Source: Macrostomum lignano
Lineage: Eukaryota
Reading direction: 5' to 3'
Assembly: GCA_002269645.1 (NCBI GenBank)
Contig: NIVC01001180.1
Coordinates: 186,001 to 250,000, forward strand
Length of the DNA stretch: 64,000 nucleotides
Positions 39,421 through 51,953 of this stretch are shown here, piece after piece. The notes beneath the pieces were generated by a model, which did no database searches, was not told the DNA's origin, and worked only from the letters and a program-made list of their open reading frames with translations. Both the position numbers and the translations under genes were made by a program. Numbering within the stretch: the first letter of the stretch is position 1; the number at the start of each line of letters is the position of its first letter.

Positions 39421-40401
39421 TCAAGCGTTCTGCTGTCTGCCTTCGCTGTCTCTGCGACTGCTAGCCATGTCGTTGGCGGCGACGCTACGGCGCTTGGCGG
39501 AAGCCGCCGTCAGCACGGCTCGGGTCTGCGTCTCAAGTTTCTCCGCCGAGCGCTGGGCCGCCTCCTGGCGCAGCTGCTGCGCCGTCTTGCGGGGACGCCG
39601 AACCGATTTTGAGTAGTCCAAGGCGTAGATGTCTGAGCTGTCGGAGCGGGGTTCGCTGATAGATTAAATCTGCCGGATACTGACAGAATCTACTCAAACC
39701 TAAAAGAATCTACCGGATGCTGATTGGAGTCTATCGGATGTTGATTAGAATCTACCGGATGCTGATAATAATCTACCGGATGCTGATTAGAATCTACCGG
39801 ATGCTGATTGGAGTCTATCGGATGTTGATTAGAATCTACCGGATGCTGATAATAATCTACCGGATGCTGATTAGAATCTACCGGATGCTAGCGAGAATCT
39901 ACCGAATGCTAGCAAGAATCTACCGGGTGCTAGCGAGAATCTACCGGATGCTGGCGAGACTCTACCGGATGCTGCTACAAGGATCAACAAGGGCACTGCA
40001 GGAATGTAGCAATTGGTCAGCTCGTACTTGCTGATGATGACTGCAAGCGGATAGACAAGAATTGGTTTGTGCATTCACCTCTGCCGCAGGCGAGCCAGCT
40101 GGTTCTTGAGCGACTCGCCGCCGTTAGCTTGCGCCTCCAAGCAGGCCAGACTGGTGGCCCGGCTGAACAGCAGCTGCTGGCGCAGCGACTCCCGCTGCTG
40201 TTCCGCCTCTCTGCTAGCGAATCGAAGCTGGCCAAGAGCCAGCTGCTCTTCGCTACGCCAGGCCATCAGCTGTTTGTGCAGCACACTGTCCAGCTTCAGG
40301 TTCTTCATCCGAGCCTTGCGATATTCGCGCGGATTAGTCAGCATCAGGTACTTGTCGTCGACGGGCTTCCAATCGTCTACTTGAATTGTTTCGCTGTGCA
40401 T
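39421..40401 (-). CDS. Uncharacterised coiled-coil protein, complement(join(39421..39655,40079..40401)), 185 aa
   Basis: GC3-rich exons; donor AG|GTGAAT (40079/40078) and acceptor CTATCAG|C (39656/39655) are both phase 2 and give one ORF of 558 nt, MHSETIQVDDWKPVDDKY..RQQNA*. A CCTGCAG acceptor lies 6 nt before the ATG, so an upstream exon or trans-splicing is possible. Confidence 0.7.
39705..39970. repeat. 21-bp minisatellite (GAATCTACCGGATGCTGATTA) in the coiled-coil gene intron
   Basis: Direct reading. Confidence 0.9.
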
Positions 40402-40644
40402 TTTCGACTGCAGGTTGCAGAAAGCTCGTCTACAATGTTGCAGTTGCAATGCGTGCAGTTCAATATGACTATTTACACTGGAAAGTCATCTGGAATTCAC
40501 TGGAAAGGCAGTCAACAAGCAGCAGCAGGTACCAACAGGACCGTCCATTAATGATTGTTAACCATCAATAAATTGTTGAGTAAACCAATGGACAAAACTA
40601 GCACCAAGATGGACGGAATAAACAGGTGTTACCAACGACGATTA

Positions 40645-41545
40645 AAAGACTGATGAACAAACAGGTGTTACTGACGAAGGCTGATGAACAAACAGGTGTT
40701 ACCGACGAAGGCTGATGAACAAACAGGTGTTACTGACGAAGGCTGATGAACATACAGGTGCTACCCACGAAGATTGATGAACAAACAGGTGTTACTGACG
40801 AAGGCTGATGAACAAACAGGTGTTACCAACGAAGGCTGATGAACAAACAGGTGTTACTGACGAAGGCTGATGAACAAACAGGTGTTACCGACGAAGGCTG
40901 ATGAACAAACAGGTGTTACCAACGAAGGCTGATGAACAAACAGGTGTTACTGACGAAGGCTGATGAACAAACAGGTGTTACCGACGAAGACTGATGAACA
41001 TACAGGTGTTACTTCGAAGACTGAAGAACAAACAGGTGTTACTGTTGAAGACTTATGAACAAACAGGTGTTACCGACGAAGACTGAAGAACAAACAGGTG
41101 TTACTGTTGAAGACTTATGAACAAACAGGTGTTACCGACGAAGACTGATGAACAAACAGATGTTACCGACGACGACTGATGAACTAACAGATGTTACCGA
41201 CGGCGACTGATGAACAAACAGATGTTACCGACGACGACTGATGAACAAACAGATGTTACCGACGAAGACTGAAGAACAAACAGGTGTTACTGTTGAAGAC
41301 TTATGAACAAACAGGTGTTACCGACGACGACTGATGAACAAACAGATGTTACCGACGAAGACTGAAGAACAAACAGGTGTTACTGTTGAAGACTTATGAA
41401 CAAACAGGTGTTACCGACGAAGACTGATGAACAAACAGATGTTACCGACGACGACTGATGAACAAACAGATGTTACCGACGACGACTGATGAACAAACAG
41501 ATGTTACCGACGACGACTGATGAACAAACAGATGTTACCGACAAA
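40645..41545. repeat. 31-bp minisatellite (CTGATGAACAAACAGGTGTTACCGACGAAGG), about 28 copies
   Basis: Direct reading. Confidence 0.95.
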
Positions 41546-42554
41546 GTTCAGAAAGGACAGTTATTTGCCCCACTGACAGTACCATTAGATGTCGATGTCT
41601 TTTTTCATAAAGAGCAAGAACTGTATGAAACTGAATATTTTAAGTGGGAACTTTTACCAATATTGACAATTGAGACAAAAACTACTTTGTTCATAATAAG
41701 GTTTCATTGCATGATTTGGTTCAGAAGGTTCAGAAGTTCCTTGTTGAAGTTAGATAAAGTTAACCGATTCACTTCACAGGAGTTTGCCAGGGTGAAAGGC
41801 CCGATCGATCAAGCCTACTGTCTGCACACTCTGATTAAAATTAAACACATACACGCACACAGAGAGAGAGAGAGAAGCGCCACAAATCAAACAACCTACC
41901 TGACAGGTAATTAAATACCTGGATACACAGCAGTAGACAGTGTATAGAAGATCGTGGACAAGATTGTGTAGCAAACACGGGAGCACACAGCTGGCCCTGG
42001 GGAAATTGCACACTACTCACAGCCAGGGCCAGCAGTTTTATAATTTCAACACACACGAGAGGAGACGCTCCCCCCTCCCCAGGGCTGACGGTGAGCCAAC
42101 CGCAAAGCACTAGCTTTGGCTAGCCTCCCAGTCACACAGCCGAACATAATTGCTTCTTGAAGAGTGTTCTCAACTTTCTCTTCTGCGTAAGATGATGTGT
42201 CTCAATAACTAGCTAGCATTGTCATGGAAACTTAGTAAAACACAAGACAACCCTCTAGCGCTTCTATACAACATTGCGCAAAGCATGCAGTAGACAGAAA
42301 AAGATGTTCACAGGAGGGCAAAATAAACCAAATGCATACAGAGAGAAAGTGATACGCATTATTGACAGTCAACTTCGAAATTATAAATTTATATACACTA
42401 AGTTTATATATAAACCTTTTTTGCACGATTAAGTCCAAGTAAGTACGAGCATAAAAATTTCTTTGCAATGAAAATCCCATAGAGCAATAAAAATTAATAC
42501 AATTGAACCCCTTCCATCTCAGCTTCACTCCCCATGAGGTTCATTTCGCCTCGG

Positions 42555-42945
42555 CATCAGTCCCTCTCAGCATCATTCTCCCTCAGCATCAATCCGTCTC
42601 AGCACCAGTCCCTCTCAGCATCATTCTCCCTCAGCATCAATCCGTCTCAGCATCATTCTCGCTCAACATCATCCCCTCTCAGCATCATTCCCCCGTCAGC
42701 ATCATTCCCTCTCAGCATCATTCCCCCTCAGCATCATTCCCTCTCAGCATCATTCCCCCTCAGCATCATTCCCTCTCAGCATCATTCCCTCTCAGCATCA
42801 TTCCCTCTCAGCATCATTCCCTCTCAGCATCATTCCCCCTCAGCATCATTCTTTCTCAGCATCATTCCCCTCAGCATCATTCCCTCTCAGCATCATTCCC
42901 TCTCAGCATCATTCCCTCTCAGCATCATTCTCCCTCAGCATCATT
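42555..42945. repeat. 16/17-bp minisatellite (TCAGCATCATTCCCTC)
   Basis: Direct reading. Confidence 0.93.
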
Positions 42946-43052
42946 CATCAATTCGAAAGTTTAAATGGAATTTTTAAACACAGTTTGACGAATTGGAACG
43001 AGATAAAGTGCTACACTACAAAATAAATTTACCTACTACTTTAAGTAGTAAT

Positions 43053-43130
43053 GAGGCAGAGCAGCTCAGTGGCAAACGCGTCCGACTCTCGCCTCAGGTT
43101 CGAGCTTGAGCTTGTTGGGGCTTGAGCACA
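43053..43130 (+). mobile_element. Possible degenerate tRNA-SINE head
   Basis: A-box-like AGCTCAGTGGC (43063), B-box-like GGTTCGAGC (43097) and a CTTGAGCAC remnant; no intact cloverleaf. Confidence 0.3.
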
Positions 43131-44585
43131 AAAATTGGTCTAATGAGGGAGTTGACATGAAAGCCACCCCCCTCCCCCAGACACAGAGTACATTCCTGAC
43201 GATTAGGAAGTCAATTGACAGCGCTGCATGGTTGTGAGCCCCCCTGCAAATGACATTTTATCATATTCTACCTACTAGCACTCTATACTGAATCTCATTG
43301 GACCTGAGGCAAAGCAATACAAACAAAGCACTGTAGAGATTTTGCACAACAAGCGAGTGCTTCGGCTCCATTTACCAGAAAAAGAAAATCAATTTAAAAA
43401 AGGTTTATATTTCTTTTAAACAAGGAAAACAGGCAAAGAGATTCTATATGGGTTGCTGATCTAAGTCTAGCTAGTTAACATTTGCCTCGGAATTAGCATT
43501 CAATAATATAAAAAAGCAAAACAATATAGAGAATTGGTAACGCCCTGGATAAAATCTGAGCTGATTAGTAATAGAAAAAGTCGCTAATATGATAAAAGTG
43601 CAACACTTAATTAGTCTTGCATTGCAGAGAAGCTAGCGCCAAATTATAATAGAAGTACAAACCACAATAGATAAAAGTACATTCATTTGTTTACTGCAGA
43701 TAGACGATTAAAAAGTCATTACCACGGGGCTAGATGGCCACTCAGGCATATATACTTAGTAAACAGCTTTCTACTTCCAGTTCAGTAGCAAAGAAGAGTA
43801 CATAAGCTATTTTATAAAAATAAAGGCAGCTGAAATGACTTTGATAAGTGCAGAAGCCCAAGCCTGCTAATTGGTTCAGCCATAATGTACATTAGCCACT
43901 GAAATGTACATGGCAGATTTAGGCTGGAACAACCTAGGAAGGTAATAAAACTGGACGGCGGGGCAGGGGTGGAGGATCTGTGTGGAGTTTGAGAGCCAAT
44001 AAGAGCCAATATGAGCCTTGGCTTTAAAAATACGTTAAAATGCTTCTATTTAACTTACTACTGAACTGAAAGTAGCTTACACGCAAATGTGCTGAGTGGC
44101 CCTCCTAGTTATTCTAGTATGTATGATGGCTCTACATGTAGAAAACACAATGGAATGAGCAGAATATAAGAAATCGAATTGAAAAAGCCTATCAATAAAG
44201 TTTTTAAAAACTAAACAGACTGTTCACATGCTGCATCCGAACGGAGAGTAGCCCTGTCCTTAAATATCCAAGTAGTCAAGAACGCATATTAAGCATATGA
44301 TGGGGTATAAATTGATTATTTTCAATCAGACAGACTTTCCGTTCGGATGCGGCGGAAGGATAAAAAACCTGTTGCCAAGGGCAACAACGGATCCGCTAGT
44401 CTTTAAAGCAGAGGCACCACTGGTAGTTTTCAGAAGCTCTGAGGCAATTCAGACCATTGCTGTACGCGGGCACTGCACTTATAAACACGCTCGCACAGGG
44501 TGTACAGCAGCGTCAGGCATGTACACTCTATGTACACAACCCCCAAGGCCAAATTTCGTGCACACACAAGCCCCAAATAAATATA

Positions 44586-45818
44586 CGAGGGATACTCCAA
44601 AAGTTTTGCAATTCAACCACTTGCGCAAGTCGCACAATCTTCAAAACCAACTCTCTGTACAATAAACATGTACATAGTCCCCACCTCAATTTTCAAGTGA
44701 ATTCATACATATACGCCTGCTCAGCCCCAGTCAAAGTCAGAGACCCTTAACTGTACAGCTGCAGCCATGGAATTGAATCGTGAGCAGAATCGGCTACTAA
44801 TTTGGTACTGCCACAAGCGAAAGCTCACGGCGCTTGAGACTCATGCCGAGCTACTAGCAACATTGGAGGCTCAAGCGCCGTCATATGCTACGGTTACACG
44901 CTGGTACCGCGAGTTCCAGGCCAGCAGGACCAGCTTTTCTGACGACCCCCGGCCGGGAGACCTCCGACAGCAGTGACGGAGGAAAACATCGCTGCAGTGC
45001 AGGAGCTGATTCATCAGGATCCGCGAATCACCACGGACATGCTAGCTATGAATGTCAGCATTGAATCGGCAACGGTCGATACGATTCTACACGATCACCT
45101 GAGAGTCAGGAAGCTTGTGCCGATGGATACCCCACATCCTGACAGATGCTCAGAAACAGGCCCGCATGGAGTTCTGTCAGTTTCTCATCGATCAATATGA
45201 GCATGGGAGCCATCAGCGCCGCTCTGAGGTCATCACTGGTGATGAGACGTTTCTCTAAAAGACAAAGCGCAGAGTGTGGGTTGCTGTCCGGTCTGTCCAT
45301 CTTCTTCGACTCACAAGGCGTGGTGGCGATGGAGAAGCTGGAGGGTCAAGCTACAGTCACTGCTCGATGGTACACTGAAGAGTGCTTGCCAGTCGTGATC
45401 GACAGCGTGACCCAGAGGGCACCAAGGACGGGAATGCGAGGGCGGAAACTTCACCATGACAACGCCCCCGCCCATACGGCTGCTGCAACTCGAGCGTTCC
45501 TGGACCAAGAGGGCATTTCAACGCTACCACACCCGCCCTACTCACCCGACCTCGCCCCCTGCGACTTCTGGCTCTTTCCAGAAATCAAAAAATCGCTTAG
45601 GGGCGCAGGTTTCAGTCCGACGAGGAGCTGGAGCAGGCGGCGAAGGAGACGATTGACGGCATCCAATTGAAGACTTCCAGGGCTTGATGAACAAGTGGCT
45701 CGGACGAGCGCACAAGTGTTTGCAGTTCCGGGGAGCCTACTTTGAAGGATTGTAATAGAAAAGTTTGCCAAAATTAACTTTAAATAGTCGAATTGCAAAA
45801 CTTTTAGAGTATCCCTCG
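44586..45818 (+). mobile_element. Mariner (DD34D) DNA transposon, 1233 bp, 29-bp TIRs, TA target duplication
   Basis: Left TIR CGAGGGATACTCCAAAAGTTTTGCAATTC; right TIR is its reverse complement at 45790-45818 with one mismatch; TA at 44584-85 and 45819-20. CGAGGG termini resemble irritans-subfamily elements. Confidence 0.95.
44767..45755 (+). pseudogene. Mariner transposase, frameshifted
   Basis: HTH region APSYATVTRWYREF, W(I)PHILT, ITGDET, HHDNAPAH and PYSPDLAPCDFWLF (34 residues between the last two Asp), ending GAYFEGL*; several -1 indels and missing sequence after GDET. Confidence 0.9.
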
Positions 45819-46058
45819 TATATGGCTGCCAACGGAATCAAACCAGGGGTCGTCGTCGTGTCGCGCGAGTCAGGAACACGTCTTACTGACTACCAGCGGC
45901 CCCTGCCAAAGCAAAGCATAAAAATATCGATAAAAACCAATAAATGGCATATACGGATTAGTAAAATCAGAGAGCTACGCGCGATTAGAAAAGGAACTAA
46001 CCAACCAATTAGAAGCCATTACTCGTAAATATTGATAATTAAAAACAATGAGTTAGTT

Positions 46059-47807
46059 TCAATCGAGGCTGAAGTTGGCCAAAAAGTGAGACACGCTCGA
46101 CTTGAGCTGGTCGGCCCGCAGCTGCCCAGTCTGCAGCACCTCCTCGTGGTTGGCCTTCTCGGCGCTGTCCCACTCCAACAGGGCCATGTTTGTGATCAAC
46201 GAGAAGGCACAGACGCGCAGGCCGGCGTGGTGCGCCACAACCGCCTCCGGCACTGTAGACATGCCTGCAAGATGGATAAAACAACAATGTGTACTTTGAG
46301 TACCAATTTACGAGGTCATCGCCATTTACGGCAAAGCCCAAGTTACATACAATGGCAATTGGCGCTTCCTTTTCGTGACTTCCCCTCTGTTACGTGCCAC
46401 TCAGAAACTGTCACTCGCATTCGTCACTCTCCTTAGGTACCCGTTACTCTCCTTAGTTACTTGCCACTCCCCTTTATTACTTGTCACTCCCCTTAGTTAC
46501 TCGTACTTGTCAGTTGTCACTCCCCTTAGTTACTCGTACTTGTCAGTTGTCACTCCCTTTAGTTACTTGTCACTCCCCTTAGTTACTTGTCAGTTGTCAC
46601 TCCCTTTAGTTACTTGTCACTCCCCTTAGTTACTTGTCAGTTGTCACTCCCTTTAGTTACTTGTCACTCCCCTTAGTTACTTGTCAGTTGTCACTCCCTT
46701 TAGTTACTTGTCACTCCCCTTGTTACCCGTCACTCCCCTTAGTTACTTGCCACTCCCCTTAGTTACTTGTCACTCCCTTTGTTACCCGTCACTCCCCGTA
46801 GTAACTTGTCACTCACCAACAGCGTCAGCTCCCATAGTGATGAGCATGCGGCACTCGGCCACGGACTCGTAGCACGGGCCCTGCTGATAGACGTACACCC
46901 CTAGCCGAGTGGCGCCGGGGAAGTTGCACTGTTTAAACGCCTCGGCCAGCTGGTCTCGCATTCGCTTATCGTAGACGTCCGAAGTCGATGGAAACCGAGG
47001 CCCCAGGCGTTCGTCGTTCGGCCCGCGCAACGGGTTGCAGCCGACCAGGCCCGGCAAGTTGAGATGGTCGCGAATCAGCATCACGTCGCCGACTGCGTAG
47101 TCGCGATTGAGTCCGCCGGCTGCGTTGGTGAGCAGAACGGCGCGAACGCCCATCAGGTGGAATACGCGCATCGGCAGGGTCACCTGAGGTCGGTCGTCAA
47201 AGGTTTAGGTTAGTAATGCTCAATAGTCTGTGATGATGATGATCCCAGTCACTCTATGATGATCATCCCAGTCTCTTTATGATAAATGATTTCAGTCACT
47301 CCATGATGATGATTCCAGTCTCTCTATGATGATGAGCCCAGTCTCTCTATGATGATGAGCCCAGTCTCTCTATGATGATGAGCCCAGTCTCTCTATGATG
47401 ATGATCCCAGTCTCTCTGTGATCACTATCCCAGACTATGATGATGATCCCAGTTTTTTCTACGATGATCCCAGTTTTTTCTATGATGATCCCAGTCATTC
47501 TTGATTGACCCAGACTAACCTGGTGCACCGAGTAGCCCTCATAGGCGTGGAATCGCCCCTGCATGAGCACCACATCCCGATCGCCAGCCTTGCCAAAGAT
47601 CAGGTTGCCTTGGTGACCAGCCACGGTGCTGGTTGGAAAGCCGGGAATTTCAGCGTAGGGCAGCACCTGCCGGTCAGTCAGGGAGTCGCCAAGCCCGCCG
47701 AGGCCCGAGCCCAGCACTACGGCCAGCTCTGGGCGGCGCCCGGTGCGCTCAAGCAGGTAGCGGGCGATAGCTTCAGCCCTCTCGTAGCTGTTCTCCTCTG
47801 TGCCAGC
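46059..47807 (-). CDS. PNP: Purine nucleoside phosphorylase (trimeric PNP-I), complement(join(46059..46264,46817..47183,47520..47807)); 5' coding exon not identified
   Basis: Motifs VLGSGLG, GHQG, MQGRFH, LTNAAGGLN, GPCYES (Glu201 equivalent), GMSTVPE, ITN (Asn243, 6-oxopurine specificity) and NHEEV (His257). Junction phases 0 and 1 match; phase-0 acceptor CCTTCAG at 47808 with no in-frame ATG. Confidence 0.95.
46440..46810. repeat. About 20-bp minisatellite (CCCTTAGTTACTTGTCACT) in a PNP intron
   Basis: Direct reading. Confidence 0.9.
47230..47500. repeat. About 23-bp minisatellite (GATGATGATCCCAGTCTCTCTAT) in a PNP intron
   Basis: Direct reading. Confidence 0.88.
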
Positions 47808-48555
47808 CTGAAGGATGCCAGGGAATGTTTATTCGTGTTCGAAATACTCTATAGAGAATCTATAAAGGCTACTGAGCCTTCCATTTCATTCTACTTTCTT
47901 CGGGCATATATAGCGCAAATTACTATCTTATTTTGCGTTGACTTGTTAGTTGATTTGTTAGTTTTGGCCATAGAAAGTAAGCTTTGAACTCAAAGAAAAC
48001 ACAGATTACTCCTGTTAAACTCTGCAATATTGGTTTTGTGTCACTTTAGTGTGAGCTGAGTGTCACTTTTTTCAGACCAGATGGCAGACATATATACACA
48101 TGTCTATGGTCAAAACCCACAAAATCTCCAAAAAGCTTCACAGTCTTGCAAACAAACTGAGACCAGCAATAAAAGACAGAAACACTTAGCATAACACATC
48201 TTCCAGAGAATGTGACAAACAGCTTGCTGATGTCTTATTTTGCTTAAGGCTTTCTAGGGTGAATTTTCTGATGTTGATGGCAAAACTGAATTTTTTAGCT
48301 AGGGTTCTTTAAATTGCTTGCAAAAAGTCTCATCCCGTCGAACTTTTCACCCGGAATTTCGCCCGAATTTTTTGCGTTCACCCGGAATTTTTTCCTATTC
48401 CAGTAATGCAATCTGATCCGGGTGGAAATTCCGGATCTGTAACGAAAGTTTACAGAATCCGGGCGAAATTTCCGGATCAAAAAGAAAAATTCCGGAAAAT
48501 AGACCCGGATCGCTAAAAAAAATCCGGTGACTGTTCCGGGTGCGATCCGGGCGAG

Positions 48556-48870
48556 TGGAACGGATCAGCACACAAATCCGGGCTAAATTCCGGGCGAGTG
48601 AACCGGATCAGCACACAAATCCGGGCTAATTCCGGGCGAGTGAACCGGATCAGCACACAAATCCGGGCTAATTCCGGGCGAGTGAACCGGATCAGCACAC
48701 AAATCCGGGCTAATTCCGGGCGAGTGAACCGGATCAGCACACAAATCCGGGCTAATTCCGGGCGAGTGAACCGGATCAGCACACAAATCCGGACGAATTC
48801 CGGGCGAGTGAACCGGATCAGCACACAAATCCGGGCTAATTCCGGGCGAGTGAACCGGATCAGCACACGA
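48556..48870. repeat. 42-bp subterminal array, about 7 copies
   Basis: CCGGGCGAGTGAACCGGATCAGCACACAAATCCGGGCTAATT tandem. Confidence 0.93.
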
Positions 48871-49465
48871 ATCCAGGTGAATTCTGGATGATTGAACCGG
48901 ATTTGCAGCCAAATCTTGGGCTTATCACAGTAGCAGAAAATTAAATAAAGAACGGGTCATTGTTCCATACATTTTCCACGACTACGAATTGAATCGAATT
49001 CGATTTAGCCGTCCACGAACAGAAATACTGAATTCAGTTGTGCACAACTGCAAATCGTATATTTCTATGCACTTCTACGTACTTTCAGAAACAAAAAATG
49101 CTGACCTTCTGAATGTCACTCGGATGGGCAGCTGGACTTCGATGCTACCATCAACTTTTTTTGAAGCCGTATACGGTTTTATATACCTTCTCGCGACATT
49201 GGCTACTCTTCAGGGATCCCCATCGCCTACCTCTGATTGCATCTGTCAGGTGGGTCACTCGCTATACAGCTAATTAGCTAGTTAACTCAAGTCAGCTGAC
49301 TTGTCTATTCACTTGCTTAAGAATTGTAAAGATCTCCGCAAAAATTAAGGAACGACTTTTGTCTCATTTTCCAGGACCTATCAGGGCTCATAAATGTAGA
49401 CAGCCAATGTCTCGAAGAGCGTTTCTAATGAAATCGAATCCAGCAAATTTGGCCTTAACAAAAAG

Positions 49466-50141
49466 CTAGAAATTAATTGCAAATAAATGCGGTGGTGGTG
49501 TTATGCACTCGATCTTGGACATCGCCCGCATTTCACTCCTCGAGTAGCTCGCCGTCTGGAAATATATGTTTCCAGAAGTCGGCCCCTCATTTTCGGCAGC
49601 ACTGGCGATTCGTCGCGCCTTCACCTGGTCCGCCTTCTTTTGCCGCTCTGCGGCTGGCCGAGATTGAAAGAGCACTGCCTGGCTTCTCGCCACGGTCGTG
49701 TCGGATTCCGACGAGCTCGTAGCGGAGATAGCTTCCAATCGAAGAACTTCAGCTTTCATCTGACGATTTTCGGCTTGAGCCTCCGACAGCTTTTCACGAA
49801 CTCCGCTCAATTGATGGCCTATTAAGTACATAAAAATGAGGAGAGTGGCGAAGCAGATTCAAACTTAAGAATCGACAACACTTATATATATACGAGGCTG
49901 CTAACGTCTTCTAGTATATGCATAAAAAACTTACACAGTTCGTCCTCGGCTTCGCCTTGGGCCCGAATCTGATCCATCATTGTGGTGCATGACGGGCATC
50001 GTGACGGCTGCGGTTGCTGCGATGGCACACGCGCCAAAGCAGTCGCTTCAATCGCTTGGGCCTTTCTATCCAAAGGCCCCTTCCAGAGAGTGGCGGAATA
50101 CCGGGATCCGGTACTCTTGTTAGCAGCCGTGACAACGTGAT
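49466..50141 (-). CDS. Spliced coiled-coil gene (fragment) inside the CMC-like element: exons about 50141..49935 and 49818..49466; termini uncertain
   Basis: Strong donor CTGT|GTAAGT (49935/49934) and acceptor TTAATAG|GC (49819/49818) are both phase 1, giving ..EAEDELC-HQLSGVREKLSEAQAENRQMKAEVLRLEA.. (heptad pattern). Confidence 0.5.
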
Positions 50142-50713
50142 CTGCTCACGGCTGGTGCAACTGCAAACGCCTTAGACAAACCAATGGAGCATGCACCGAC
50201 AAAAATCGGATTAGCGTCTATCTTAATAGGAAAGCTGCTTTGCATACTGGGCCAGTTAGAGCTATTTGGAACCATGCCACAGTCTCCGTCTAGACACCCA
50301 GCTGTGCCAAACAATATGGTTGGCTGATTTTATGCTTCTAAGCGTCAAATATGACGATAGAATCATTCAGCCCGTTGACACACTAAGCAGCTGTGATAGA
50401 CTACATGCCAGTGGAAGTCAAACCTCTCGCACACAAACAGGGCGCAACAATTTTTCAATTGTCACCTGTACGGAGGATGGGCTCAGCCTCACATTACGGA
50501 CGCTACAGAGCCGCCGAAAAGCAGATCAATTCACATTGCAATTTCGAGGCTTTATTACCCCTCGCTTTCCAAGAGGAATTAGCGCCGTTGACCAAATGGA
50601 TGCCAGGGATTGCCTGATGGGATAGCCATTTGCTGGGGTCTGTATTCAGCGGTTTTCCATCGGAGGCTTCCTCTCAAAATCCCCATGGAACTTATATAAT
50701 GGATGCCGGATTG

Positions 50714-51205
50714 ATTCCGACTCAAGTCCCGAAATTTTCCCGGATCAGCTTCGCCCGGAATTTGGCTGAAATTCGGGTCAAGCGAGCTGATCCGGGTGAA
50801 TTTTCCGGATCATTTGGTCCGGATCACTGGGGAATTCCGACTCAAGTCCCGAAATTTTCCCGGATCAGCTTCGCCCGGAATTTGGCTGAAATTCGGGTCA
50901 AGCGAGCTGATCCGGGTGAATTTTCCGGATCATTTGGTCCGGATCACTGGGGAATTCCGACTCAAGTCCCGAAATTTTCCCGGATCAGCTTCGTCCGGAA
51001 CTTGGCTGAAATTCGAGTCAAGGGAGCTGATCCGGGTGAATTTTCCGGATTATTTGGTCCGGATCACTAGGGAATTCCGACTCAAGTCCCGAAATTTTCC
51101 CGGATCAGCTTCGCCCGGAACTTGGCTGAAATTCGGGTCAAGGGAGCTGATCCGGGTGAATTTTCCGGATCAGTTGGTCCGGATCACTGGAGAATTCCGA
51201 CTCAA
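50714..51205. repeat. 120-bp subterminal array, 4 copies plus a partial
   Basis: ATTCCGACTCAA starts at 50714, 50834, 50954, 51074 and 51194. Confidence 0.95.
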
Positions 51206-51953
51206 TTCCCGAAATCTCACCCGGAACATTTTCACCCGGAACACTACTGAAATTCGGTCTACACCCAGAATTCCATAGTGTTCCGGGTGAAAAATTCCGG
51301 AAAATCAGACCGGAACAGCTTTCCTTTTCCCGAAAATTTTCCGGATCATATTTCCGGATTTTTTTCCGGAACAAGGGGCTGTTCCGGGCCAAAAAAGCTG
51401 ATCCGGGCCTTCACCCGGAAATCAATTAAAAATCGGGCCCGGATCACAAAATTCCGGAAAAAATTCCGGGTGAAACGTTCGACGGGATGCAAAGATTGCA
51501 AAATAAAATATTGGTACTATAACATAAATTTATGCTGAGCACAAAATCATACCTTATGATAATTATATATTTAAATGAATACTCTTAAATATATCCCCTT
51601 ACTACTGGTATAATTAAGAATATAGGGACCTCTGCAATATTTTACAATAGATTCTATAGAAATATAGTGCAGAGTTCCCTGATTTTACAACTATATAATT
51701 ATCCAGAAAAACAAATGTTTATACATATATACAATACGAGTAAACTATAAAATAAACAACTATATAGACAAATGTTTGGGATTTTTACTTGGAAAAATGT
51801 GCTATTGACTACTGTCTATTGTTGACATAGCAGTTTTTTGTATCATATTATAGCACCATGTTAATAGAACCCAGTTGTTTTGACAAGTGATATATATGAA
51901 ATTAAATGTCTTCTTAAATTTGATAAAGACAGCAATCAGGATTGACTTATATA

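Larger units (their letters stand above)
48334..51486. mobile_element. Non-autonomous TIR DNA transposon, CMC/EnSpm-like (CCC termini, AT flanks, subterminal arrays), about 3.15 kb
   Basis: CCCGTCGAACTTTTCACCCGGAATTT at 48334 versus the reverse complement of AAATTCCGGGTGAAACGTTCGACGGG ending 51486 (1 mismatch); AT on both flanks (self-complementary, so the TSD is ambiguous); CCGG-rich subterminal arrays at both ends; no DDE transposase seen. Confidence 0.7.

Noticed and set aside
41990-42033. 11-bp hairpin GCTGGCCCTGG/CCAGGGCCAGC as an ncRNA or terminator
   Set aside because: Isolated stem with a 22-nt loop and no other supporting RNA family features.
47924-47971. PNP exon 1 (MAKTNKSTNKSTQNKI, donor GTAATT)
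   Set aside because: The phase fits, but the ATG lies inside the recurring GTTTTGGCCATAG motif and the composition is unlike the other exons; not accepted without cDNA.
50266-50625. Plus-strand ORFs inside the CMC-like element as transposase remnants
   Set aside because: No DDE or Tnp2-like motifs recognisable.
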